Made by a program: the position numbers and the translations under genes. 64,000 nt of DNA from Iphione sp. A-MEVVRFRX5 (Eukaryota): positions 52,700,001 to 52,764,000 of the forward strand of contig OZ320313.1 of assembly GCA_976226885.1 (NCBI GenBank). Direction: 5' to 3'. The notes under the pieces are model-generated. The model searched no databases and was not told the DNA's origin. It was given only the letters and a program-made list of their open reading frames with translations. This document shows positions 51,501 through 63,299 of this stretch, in pieces; positions within the stretch are counted from its first letter, which is position 1, and every line of letters starts with the position of its first letter.

Positions 51501-54500
51501 CTTTGAAAGCTATTAAAGACAGGACACAGATGTGGAGGGTGAAAGACAATGGAAATCGCCATCGCTGGATCAATCCCACCGGGTCCCGGATAGGGGATGA
51601 GGTCCTTTGACTGCCACCCCAAACACTCCCATCGACGGCGGGCTTTACAGGCCGTGGCCACGCGGGTGGAATAAAACTCGCCACCACGAGCAGTTCATTC
51701 ATTCCGTCCATTCTCCCAACTCATTCATTGTGGCCCGGCACGACTGCTGTGTTGAAATGATCGGCGATTTCGATTTGCGAGCGGCCGTCGTCTGTGCGGG
51801 TGATTCATGCAGGAATTCACAAGACCCCGCCGTCACCTTTTGTCATGAAAATCGTCATCCGGCGGGCGACCAGAGCATAGTGAGTGCTGATGGTCGTGGC
51901 GGCGGTAACGGTGGAGGTGTGGGCGACGGTAGTGAGACGCCCCCTCCCGGTTCCTGCTGAGGCCGCTAGGTGAAGGAAGATCGATCATTCCGGTGTGCTG
52001 TTGGAGGAATAGGGGTGGTGGGGAGAGGTGGGGGGAAGCAGGAGCTGTTAAGGGCAGTCACTGCGTGTGAGGCCATGGAAACATGATGGGGACTAGGTGT
52101 GCGTATATGGTGCGGAGGCGAGGGGGATTGGAACCGGGGATGCTGCGACTGGAGCTGGGGCATTGGCAGCGATTAGGACCCGAACCGCGAGAAGTGGATG
52201 AAAAAGATGACAGGCAACGAACGACGGCCATGATCAATGGGCACGGTCGGTCAGTCGGCCACACATAAAGATGGACGGAATACAGACGAGCGGTGTAGGT
52301 GAGGGGCAACCATCAGTTCAGTAGGAAGAGACAAATGAGATAGGATCATTCAGATGAGACAGGATGAGGCATAGGGATATGCAAATTAGCTAGGACAGGT
52401 GAGATGAGACTAAGATAAGATGGAAGTATATAAGAGGGAGATATAGTAGATGAGAGGGATGTGGTATAGAGCTGCCCGCAAGGCACAGGACGATGAAGGG
52501 ACACGGTGAAGGTTATGAAACAGAAGCGTGGCTAGATTCCAGCTGACAGACGGAAAAAAAACGAATCATCAAGACGAAATCGGACTAGCCGGTTAAAACA
52601 AGGAGGGAGACACGATAGACGGTGAGGAAAAAACGAAAAACAAGGGGTGGAGACCTGACAAAAGCCGAAAGGATACGGGATATGGGATTTGGGAGTGGAT
52701 CGACAAAGATGGCGTGAACTAGAGATGAAACTGAGGAGACACCTTGCGAATATGTATGCTGTGTATCAGGTTATCTTATGTTAGAACTCGATGGTCCTGC
52801 TGGTGCACCGAGGCATCGTGTTCCAAATGTATGACAATGCCAAACAACATATGTAAGTGCATGCAAGAAACATGGACTGGGTTTTAGGCCATGGCATGAG
52901 AAAAGGGATACTATTTTGTACGGAATAGTTCTAGATGCTAGTATACTAGCTGTATAGAGAGGCACAGAACGAGAGGACTTAAACGAATCTTCTTAACAAG
53001 TTGGACAGAAAGGAGAAATACGTGTGTATACAAAATAACTGTCAATTATATTTTCGTTTTAGTTACTATACACAATTAATACAAGTATACGTAGAAAGGC
53101 TTAATACTAAACGACTTGCTTGTAAAATGACCTGCTTGTAAAATGAATTGCTGAAGGACACCAGAACATAATTATTGCGTTCAGAACGGCAGCTAGCACA
53201 TACATATATTAAAAAGAATACAGTAGGCCGATTCGGACAAAAACGATGGAATATATTTATAAGGGCTTGGCTCAACAACTGCCTATTGTATGCGTCTGCA
53301 TGTAAGAGGGTTAATGAGAACGTTGGTCACTTTCTTTTGCCTAACGCGGGTATATATGAGTACGCTGAAGGATGGACACATTGGACGTGGGTGAGAGAGG
53401 GCCATATGCAGCAAATCGCACACACAGTCAGCGGTCTCGGTGTGTCTTAACCACGTTGGTGGTGCGTGTTGGCCATTGTTCGCCGCACCATCCATCATCT
53501 GGTCCAGACTCTGCCGCCTGCAGCAATAGCACCTTCGGCTATGAACTGCCAACTGCTGGCATCACCGGTACTGTCAGAAGGACCTCGATGATATTATACT
53601 TTCCCCATTACTGCCACAACCTCCAGCATAATAAGCACTACAGGGAGCACTAATTCTACACCGTCAGCGTCAGTATAGCTGCATGTACTACAGCTAGGCT
53701 ACCACAACAACTACCACCAAGAGTGTCGAACACCGTCAACACTCAATACAAGATCACCATCCGATAGAGTGCCGTATGCTTGCTCAATGCCAAGGAGTGT
53801 CTGCCATTAGAAGTAACGAGAGTATCATCTTATCGCATTAATAGGGGTCTGATTATTCTTGAGCGGTTTATCTTCTCCATTGGAGTGTTTTGTCTTTACA
53901 TGTCATTCTATCTTGATGCTGTGAGAGAAATCTTTATCTACAGGCGTGGTGAAGAGCACAGCCGCTCATGTAGTCCACGCACCCCCATCCCCCGTACACC
54001 AAGTCCCAGCTTGCTGCAATCCCCCCCCCCAACAATCACTACCAGCGGTATCCCCAGTCAACCCTACCCCGCCCAACAAGGACACATAGCTTACTTCTTG
54101 TAACATGTCGAAGTACTGAACTGTGGGGGGGGGAGGGGGTTGAGGGGTGGTGTTGGACAAGGGTTCTTTGTAGGGAACTACATGAACAACACATAGACTG
54201 TCCTCACCAGCAGCAACAATAACCCCTGTCGTGCATCTCTTTCTAAGTCACCCTCCCATCTTGACTGGAGGACGTGGAGATGGGTGTACGGGTTGTTGGG
54301 GGAAATCGGGAGCGGCAGGTTACAGACGCCCACGGCCGCTCGCAATATTCCGCCTCGCCGACTCCGCCCGGCTGCTGTGAAATGCAATACATGTATCTGA
54401 ATTTCATTATTCAAATCAGATTGAGAGGTATGATCGTGTGGCAACAATTTGCGGTTGGCGGGCCGGAAGTAATCGGTGTGGCGTCTCGCGCGGTGCCTAT

Positions 54501-57500
54501 GTCATCGTCGCTCACCAGGGCGGAGAGGGGTAGCGTTTGACGTGACATAATTTGTTTTCGGTGTGAGCAGTTAGTGCATGCCAAAGGCCTGTATAGATAG
54601 TAAGCATCTTCCGCCGCCCGCCCGTTCCTTGTCCTCGCTCGTCCATCAAGCTCTTGTACTGTAAAGTGTTGTGGCCATCTTCTCTTGACCTATTAGAAAG
54701 CATCGTTCGGGCACGAATGTTATCAATAGAAGTTCTCCCAATCGAAACATCCTACAGCAGCACATCAATATCTTATCTGTCAACGCGCATATCCTACATA
54801 TATGATGAAACCTTGAACTAACACTGATTTGGCTGGGCGTTGGTTACGGGCAGGGATGGATGTAAATGTGAATCGATTATATCATTGATGAATGCTTCAC
54901 GAATTCACGGGTCATGAATAACTAATAAATATAGTCATCCCGTTACGTACAGCTCAAGTATAGCAGATGTAATATGGGTAGACAGTGTACTTTAAACACC
55001 CACATGCCATTCTTTCATGACACATCAAAGACGAAGGAACATGTTTTTGTACCTACGATATAGACCATCTAAACAGACTTCTCGATATGTATCAAGAAAT
55101 AGCCGAAAGTATGTGGTTAATGCCAGTTTTGAAAGCAGCAAAATGAGGGGGCATCGATTAGAATCATAACATGTTCCATTATTAATTTTACGATCCATTA
55201 TGAACTTAAGAACGTGTGCGTATCCTTGCAGGAGTGTTAGCAAAGTATGGTGAACGACACCCCCTCGAATATCTACTTTCTAGCAGTTGAATTATCTAAA
55301 TAATGAAAGCAACCATCTGCGCATCAAAAATAGCAGCTGATGCTTTTTTTCTGTTTCAGTGAACACAATAGAGTCCTTCGGTCCACGAAGAAGGATGTTA
55401 TAACGGCGGAAATAGTATGCCGGCTTTAACAAAGTGAATTTTGACCTCTATCTATCTCTATCTGTCACTGGATAAAAGTAACACTTAACTCTCTGCACCC
55501 CCATAAAAGTTAAAGTTTATGGCTCAGTAAACCCACAGTACGTTAGTAAACAAATTTTGTTCGTTTCGGGTAAGCTGTAATTCGCCCGAATATGCCCGAG
55601 GGCGAAATGTGCATCGAGATATGTCGGCTAGCTTAAAGAATGTGAAGCTGTTGTCCTTGCTCCCTCATACACAATGTCTGGCGTAATATTTTACCAGCTC
55701 ATTGCCGATTGAACCGGGCCTTGTTTGCATGCTTGTTTGAAAGCATATAGCATTCAAACAGTAGGATAATTTGCTCGTCGTCCCCACAAGAAAGACCACC
55801 GACTCATAGTAACTACCTTGTCCGATACGGATCGCCCCCCTAGCCCGCACTACATTGTAGGTTAGTTTGCTCTCTGCTCTTTGATGACCATATGGCCGCT
55901 ATTATGGTGCAGGTCCCATATATCACCGTATAGTGGTTGGTACTCGCCCATGCCTGAGTACACAGGGACCAGAAAATGGGTAGTGGTGAACTGTTTTACC
56001 AGTTATCCCGTGTGGTTAACATGAAAAATGGACCTTTACAAGGAAAAGCAAAGGGACGAGGACGAGGAGGAATGTAAAGATACTGAGTTCTCATCAATAA
56101 TAAACCTTGTTCTCTGTGAGTGAGCTCCCATTCACGCTAAGTGGTCACAGATGCTGGTTGCGTTCAACACATTTGAAGGCGACTTTCTGTTTGGTCGCTG
56201 AGAAAAACAATGGAATGATATAGTGGTTCCAGTGATCGGACTTGGTACTACCGCTCCAAATCTTCCCGCAGTCAGAGAGGCCGATTCTTTTCCCGTCACC
56301 ACACACCACAGAGTCTTTTCACTGCACACGTTGACATAACCAGAGAAGTGAGATGGATGTCTGCACGACAGTTGACAGACACGAGTCAGATACGTCTAAA
56401 GGTCGGACGCACAGGTCAGGAAGGTCACTGAATATATATGACCCCGAACCGACCCGACCGCATCGGCGGGTCCGCCGCTCCGGGCGACGGCGCATAGTTA
56501 GCAGTCCTTGGCAACCATTAGAGCAACTCGCGGGCGATAATGGGGGCGCGGCCCTGGCGGCGAACGTAGAAACTCCTGCCCACCTGTCCCTCCACCCACC
56601 CACTCGCACTCCCTAATAAGAAAACTCATCCATACGACGAATGGCTTTTGTTTCTAACCGGTCATCTGTGACGGCGACCGCTTTAGATATAGCCTTGGCT
56701 GTGTAACTGAAGGGGCTTTCACGGTAAGGGACATGTGAAGGCAGTCAGTTGGATAAGAACAATGGCAATGTATCAGGCATTGACAGTATCTCTGTCCATC
56801 TCCCGGAGGTGAAGTTACGACTTAAAAAGAGCAGTGGTAAAGGGGACCGTGGTTTGCCTGGGGCCTTCTGCATGTAGATGTCCCTCAGGCCCATGAGACG
56901 TATTGCACCATGGCGTGATTGGTGCATTTTATTACAGCCTCAACCCGATGAGACCACCGAGCTGCCTGCATGTAACCGCGGGTAATGCATGTACATCGGA
57001 TGTGTCAAACTATAAATTTCACAGCATCATGTAGACATCTGCTTGCTTCCAGTGTCCAACAATTTATGGCAGTCAATGTGAAGCGTATTATTTACCTTTT
57101 GTATCCACGTACCAGCCAGGACTTTTTATCTGTTAAGTCTCAGAAATGAGGTCATGCTCCTGTTTTATGTCAAATCTTATCTCAACGTAGGCATGGACTT
57201 GATTATAAGACTGAAATTCAGCCAAAATTGCTTCTTGCTTCTCTAAAGAAACGACATTGTTTCGCGAATTGACCATGTTTATGCGTCGACCAAGAGGTGG
57301 GATAGTAGTATTGAATAACAAAATGGCTGTGCGGGTACAATGTACATGTATATGTATATGTATGTATGACACGGGTACTGGGAACTGTGATACTTAGACA
57401 TGGTGTGTTGGCATACTGAGGCTTATTGATATGACTGTATCGGATTTTATGTGCGGGTGATCTTTCACGATAAACGTGTACGTTCGTGTGGCATGTAAAT

Positions 57501-57576
57501 GACTCTGGGTATACTACATCAGGTACAACACAGAGGCAGACTGATACAGACGGTGTGGGAATGAATGGAAGAAGAG

Positions 57577-57580
<4 letters not shown>

Positions 57581-57630
<50 letters not shown>

Positions 57631-57670
57631 GACAGAGAGAGACAGAGAGAGACAGAAACAGAGAGACAGA
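57581..57670 (+). repeat. (GA)n microsatellite grading into (GACAGAGAGA)n
   Basis: Direct read. Confidence 0.97.
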
Positions 57671-58742
57671 GCAAGGTACAGGCACTGACAGACACGAACA
57701 GACACGAATAGGCTGAGGGCTGTGGAATCACGTGCGGCGAACCACATGCATTGGCTCTCCATCCGTCCTGGCTGCCCTAACTCAGGATAAAGTTTAATTA
57801 GCCTTGTCACTGACAGCCTTCCGGCGGAGGATGCCACAGTGCCGGAGGCCATACATATCATCATCAGAAATGAATAGACAATTAGGCTGCCGCCCGGGTG
57901 GCCTCCTGCAGCGAGAGACGGTGAGGTCTGTCCAAGCTGTAGGGAACGAATAAAAAACACATCAGCATGCCACCGTCAGGGGTCAACAATTAACGCTCGT
58001 GGAGACATCACAAAGACAATGTGTCCAGAATGAAACGAGTGGCTGTCTCCATATGGGTAGTACAGAAAACAAACAAATGTCTGACAATGTCGGTGCTTGC
58101 ATGTCGAATACTCAGTGCAGTGTATAATATTGTGTATGTATAGAACATTTCGTGCCGAGAGGGTTAAAGCACAAAGCGAAGCAAAAATAGATTAACGGTT
58201 TTACCTGAAGGGGGAGTTTGTATTTGCGGTATGAATATACTTATATCTATATGCAGGCATATGCACTTAATGGTATTTCACCAATCCTTTGTTAGTGATA
58301 TCCAGTAAAGCCTTTTCTGCTTGATAGCCTCGAGGGCTATGGCAATACTGTTGAAGTTCAAACGTGGAATTTGGGTGTTACATGTATATATCGCGGTGTC
58401 TAATTTGTCACATTTTAAGAGGAATTAAAGAGACTGTCCCTATTGGCATACCCTAATTTTCCGTTAATGTATGTGACTTTGGGTAATTAGTGTCTCTTTA
58501 CATGTGGTAAAGATCAGCACACTGCCAATTTTTAAACATATTAATTTACCCTATGCATAAAGAAGGGAATACCTAATAAGACGGAGGCATGCCGTACAAT
58601 TTCTATAAAATCCCTTATCCCAAAAGAAATAGTTCAGTTGGAAAATCTTTGTTCAAGATGCATCAATGGCTGTTTTGCTCAAATTTTGAAAACACGGTTT
58701 TGTTAGCCATATAACTAGACTGCGCTATTGATGCGAACTTAC

Positions 58743-58812
58743 CCACACCTCTTTTGCAGCAACGGTGTCCAAAATACTTACCTAAAAGGAAACGGAAAAG
58801 ATAGGTTTTAGT
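58743..58812 (-). other. Recursive splice site RS-A with 39-nt RS-exon (58781..58743)
   Basis: Minus strand reads TACTAAAacctatcttttccgtttccttttag|GTAAGTattttggacaccgttgctgcaaaagaggtgtgg|GTAAGT: branch-like TACTAA, near-pure pyrimidine tract, TAG|GTAAGT at 58782/58781, second perfect donor TGG|GTAAGT at 58743/58742. Confidence 0.75.
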
Positions 58813-61800
58813 AATAATCAACAAATTATTGACCTCAGTGCAGTAATACATCGGAATACACTATAATACATATATATATGTCTAAATTAATTGCGAAACG
58901 TAAGAAATAGTTTGCCGAGTGTATTTATTTAATTTTCAAGAGGTTTTGAAAGAATGTCCAATGGAGAATACATGCATATTATATCTTAACATTGGAGTAT
59001 GTCGTGAGGATTAGACAGTCTGATGTTGTATCGACGGTCTCGATGATTTCACCAGAGTTTGCTTTGGTATGCTTCACTCAGTGTACGTATGGAATGTAAC
59101 ATTTGTGTGAATGAGTCTTTTACCACGGGGTCGTGTGCTTATGACTGATCAAGGGCCGGTTGCACCAGACTGGTGTGTCTGCCAGTCTGGTCGGTGGTAT
59201 AACCTCACTGGGTGCCATATAACAAGAGAAAAGACCCTCCACTGGCACGCCAACCTCAGTTCCACCCGCCACAACTAAATTGGCCCTTGTCTTGACGAGC
59301 TCAGGTCATGATCGTGCGCTTTATTGTGATCTAAGGGAGAAGGCAAGGAGGAATGATGTGTAGAATGAGCAGGGGGGTAGAGGGGTGTGTGAACTGGAAG
59401 GCAACAGTGGATAATTTGCAAGGAGAAACTATGGCCCAGGAACAAAGCCTAGCTGAGACCTGCCAAGTGCCCTCTGGTGTCGATGGTCGGAGGTAGCCAA
59501 TCATGTGACCTTGACATGCTAGGATGACCTACGTCGTCGTAGCGATGACCTGTCGCTTTATGACGAGCATGTCACGCACCGGGTTTCATGACGCGTGACA
59601 GCGACGATTTACTGCTCTTTTCGCGCATTAATTTGGTCGTTCGTGTGAAGACTCTGGACGTTTGGGCATTTTCCGTCTATTTAAAACAGGTGATGAATGT
59701 TATTAGATTTATGTTGTTGGTAGTTAGAGGGGCACTGTGCCACATTGCTCTAACAAGGAGTAGTTGTGTTCGTCATCCGATTTAACAATAACATATCGGA
59801 CGCTTATAATGTAACATTGCGCAGCAATCGGGGAATGGAATTAGCATCGAACTTAGGCTGGGCTACATTGCACATATAACTGCAGTTCATGCACGGGTCT
59901 AAGCCGTCGCCTTAATACAGGTGTTCAAAACTGAATGCACTGAAGGGTGTGACTTATCTGCCGACTACCATACTTGGTGACTGATGTGGGTCCAAGTCAA
60001 TTTACCATGCTTTCATGTGGGCATGCTATCTCTCTAAATGGTCAGTAGCCTGCGCGTCGGCCATCACGTCTGAGGTGATAGATGAAATGGGATTAATGTG
60101 TGCTCACGAGGCTCCCTCCCCTCTGCTGGTCATCAGGGCCCGGCTAGTGGGACCGTCGTCGTCAACTAGGTCACTCCATTACCTGGATGGCAAAGACAGG
60201 AGAACAAAGGCGAATCAGTTGCCAAGACCAGTGGGCCAATAATGGCCCGTGGATGCGAGGCTTGGCTCTTCGAGGAATGGACTTGTTTACTTAGTCATCT
60301 CTGCCAAGACGAAGGCTCTTAGTTGAAAGGAACCGAGTGATTCTCCATGCTGCTGAGTGAGTCCGTGGCTTGTCTACTCTATATCGACACCATCCCATGC
60401 TGCATTGTCCTGAATGACTATTAGTGGCGACTGTGTATGGAAAAGGGATGTCCAGATGTGCGAAGACATAGTGTGCTGACAGTAGAATATGACGGAAGTT
60501 TCTTCTTTTAAGTGCTGATGAAGAGGGAGATGCTGAAATGTAGCTGTCTTGCTGTATCAGTTCCTCAGACCCCCACCCCCCAACTATCCATCTAGGCAGC
60601 GACTCCTTGATCATCTGTCAGTATCCCTCCACGGCGACAGATGGCGCCTTGTCTATTACGTCTCACGGTGGATGGATCCTGATCTGATTGTGCCCTGACA
60701 ACTGACCCCTTGCTTCCTACTCGCCCCTCCGCCCAATCCCCCTCCCCCTGCGCGCACGTGCTCACGCACACATGCGCGCATACCTACACACGCAGCACAC
60801 AAGCAGTATGCATCAAAAGGTCATCCTGCTTTAACCATCAGCCCACCTCGGGCAATCCTCTACAGACAGAGACTTGCTCAACCCTGCTTTCTGCCATGCA
60901 AGGCACCCCGATAACTTCTCATTCTACAGCCTGTATACTATTTCTGGAAGTCTCTCAGACACACATTAGGCTCCACCTCGGGACGTAAGTAACGGTAGCC
61001 GTTTATCGTGCACCCACTACACACCCCGGTCAAGGCCTCTCGGTGTAGGGCCATCGGGAGACCGGTCCTCTCGTGCGGCCGGTCATCTCGTCGCCGCCGG
61101 CCCGCTGACACGCCGACCATTCATTGACCCGACCCCTGGATCAGTGCACACCGCCGACCGCGCCTGATGACCGCCAGCCATCAGACGTCATTAAATGATC
61201 AACCCATCACCGCGCCACGCCGCCCTGGCTAGCCTCCCCCTCCTCCGACCCTACTCCTCCCTCATTCCCTTTATACATCCACCCCCTCAACCCAGGCACA
61301 CAGCCCATAGCTTAGCTTCTGCTGGATGTGCTCACAGCCAGACTAGGTGGTGACTTGCGTGCTGGTCAGGCATCTCGGATATCCGCTGTGGCCAGATTCT
61401 ATCACACCATCCTCGCCACACAGGGTATGTTGCAATTAAGGTATGGAAATGGTCCCCAAGAAATGAACGTCTAGGAAGGCGCCGAGAAAATTGCAACGGA
61501 CATGAGATCTAGTCTAAATGGTACACCCTATGTGTATTTGAAGACTGATGCCCCATTTCTTGGGGCAGGCTATGTAATTTAGGACAATTTTGCTAGGGAT
61601 GGTAGAAGCGACAAAAGTGTTAAATTACGTCCCCATCGAGGGATTACGAGTCAAGATTCCATAGACACATTCATACAATGATGCTATGTTGAGAGTATAT
61701 ATGCCACAAGTCCTACAGATGTATGATTTGATATCCATGTCTATGCCTACAACATTATCGGATGGAAACGTACAGACTTCGTTTCATCCTATTTCGTCAA

Positions 61801-63264
61801 ACTTCTCGGTAAACTACATTGTGCTCTACGGGTAAAGTAGCCAGAACACCGTTCAGAATTGAAATGCTCCTCTACCGGGATCAGGTGGATACTTGAGACC
61901 TCCTAGTCCAAATGTTATTAGCAGCAGAAAGATCTCTAGGCCTCGCTAGTCTGGAAGCTGAGGAAGATATAGATGGATGCCGACTTTGAATACTCCATGT
62001 AATATCTCTGGGCCGACATGTAAAAATAGCTTCCCAGATGCAAGGTATAAAAGCACTTTTACTAAGGTATATGTATGGCAGTGTAACTTTCGCCTTTCAC
62101 ACGGAGGAAATCAGGAAAAGGTAAAACAGCTCTGCCAAAATGCACCGTTGCCTAACGCCTTTTTCCTCTACTACTAGCGCCAAATGCATGAGGACATTAA
62201 CCCACTCGCTCACTCTATTGATTTAAAATACCCTAATTTGATGAGCCAGCAGTGACGTTTTCACTCGGTAGCAGGGTTCGCCACCCAGCGACCGTCTAAG
62301 AACTTGGCTCTAGTCGAGACGGTCTCAGACCATTATCCTGATTGGCTATTCTGAAGCGGGAACAAAGCGCAATGGAGACCCGTGCTGAGGTCGTGGAAGC
62401 CAAACAGTAAACTATAAGAAAATACTCTCAGTCCCTGTAAGCGCCACAACCATACGAGGTCAAATAATTTAAAACTTCAGATCAACAGTTTAAGTTTGAT
62501 ATATGCGGGATATGTATAACCATTAAAATCAATATTGATAGATGTACACGTGTATTTGCCGCGTTTGATACGCATAAAGTATAATATACATGCATATCAA
62601 TATCAGTTATGTAACGACATCATATCCATCTATTTATAAATTTATGGGAACACATATATTGAATCGACATATATTTATACGTGCTAGGGCCTATAAAATA
62701 AGGAGCTCCTGAGGTCGCCTGGGCGATAATCTTCATGTCTTTCAAAAACGCTTTGATAGGTAATCCTCTAACAGTTTCTTAGTCAAGTGTACTCATTTCA
62801 ACCTGGTATATGTAGCCCTATTCGATCGTATCCGTCTATGTTTTTCAAGGTGGGTGCAATTACATTATTCACTTCATTTCAGTGGTCTAATTTCTTCAGA
62901 CAGAAACGTTCCCACTGTTATAGATTAGTACATGGTGGTTACAGCAGCAAATATCTAATGCCAGCAAATTAACCCTCTTTCAGAAGACGGCAACGCGAGC
63001 AAAAAGCTGAGGCATTTCAGGTAACGATGCCGGCGTAAACGACCAAGGTACAAGAGTAAGATATGTTTCACAGAAATAGTATTTCTATAGATCTATACGC
63101 GTATTGTATATATGCAGGTACAAGGGGTGTCTTATGTGGTAAGTTATTTAGAGTAACAAACACTTTATAATTCTGGGTGTGCCAGACGACATGGATATCT
63201 ATTCAATGAAAGCTTTGATATATCTCTCTGGTGGGTTATGGTGTGCACCTATCTTGTGATATAC

Positions 63265-63267
<3 letters not shown>

Positions 63268-63296
<29 letters not shown>
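63268..63296 (+). repeat. (TA)n microsatellite
   Basis: Direct read. Confidence 0.95.

Positions 63297-63299
<3 letters not shown>

Noticed and set aside
51175-51711. Longest ORF in the track (178 aa, minus)
   Set aside because: No recognisable domain or codon bias, and similar ORFs overlap it on both strands in a GC-rich patch.
57218-57960. ORFs of 148-155 aa and other LSLSLS/ERERER ORFs (also 25225-25479)
   Set aside because: Translations of GA/CT microsatellites.
58199-58222. Minus-strand ctcccccttcag|GTAAAA at 58205/58204
   Set aside because: Weak donor (no +5G) and no downstream donor.
58774-58783. ATACTTACCT, identical to the U1 snRNA 5' end
   Set aside because: The U1 sequence does not continue; it is simply the antisense of a perfect donor.
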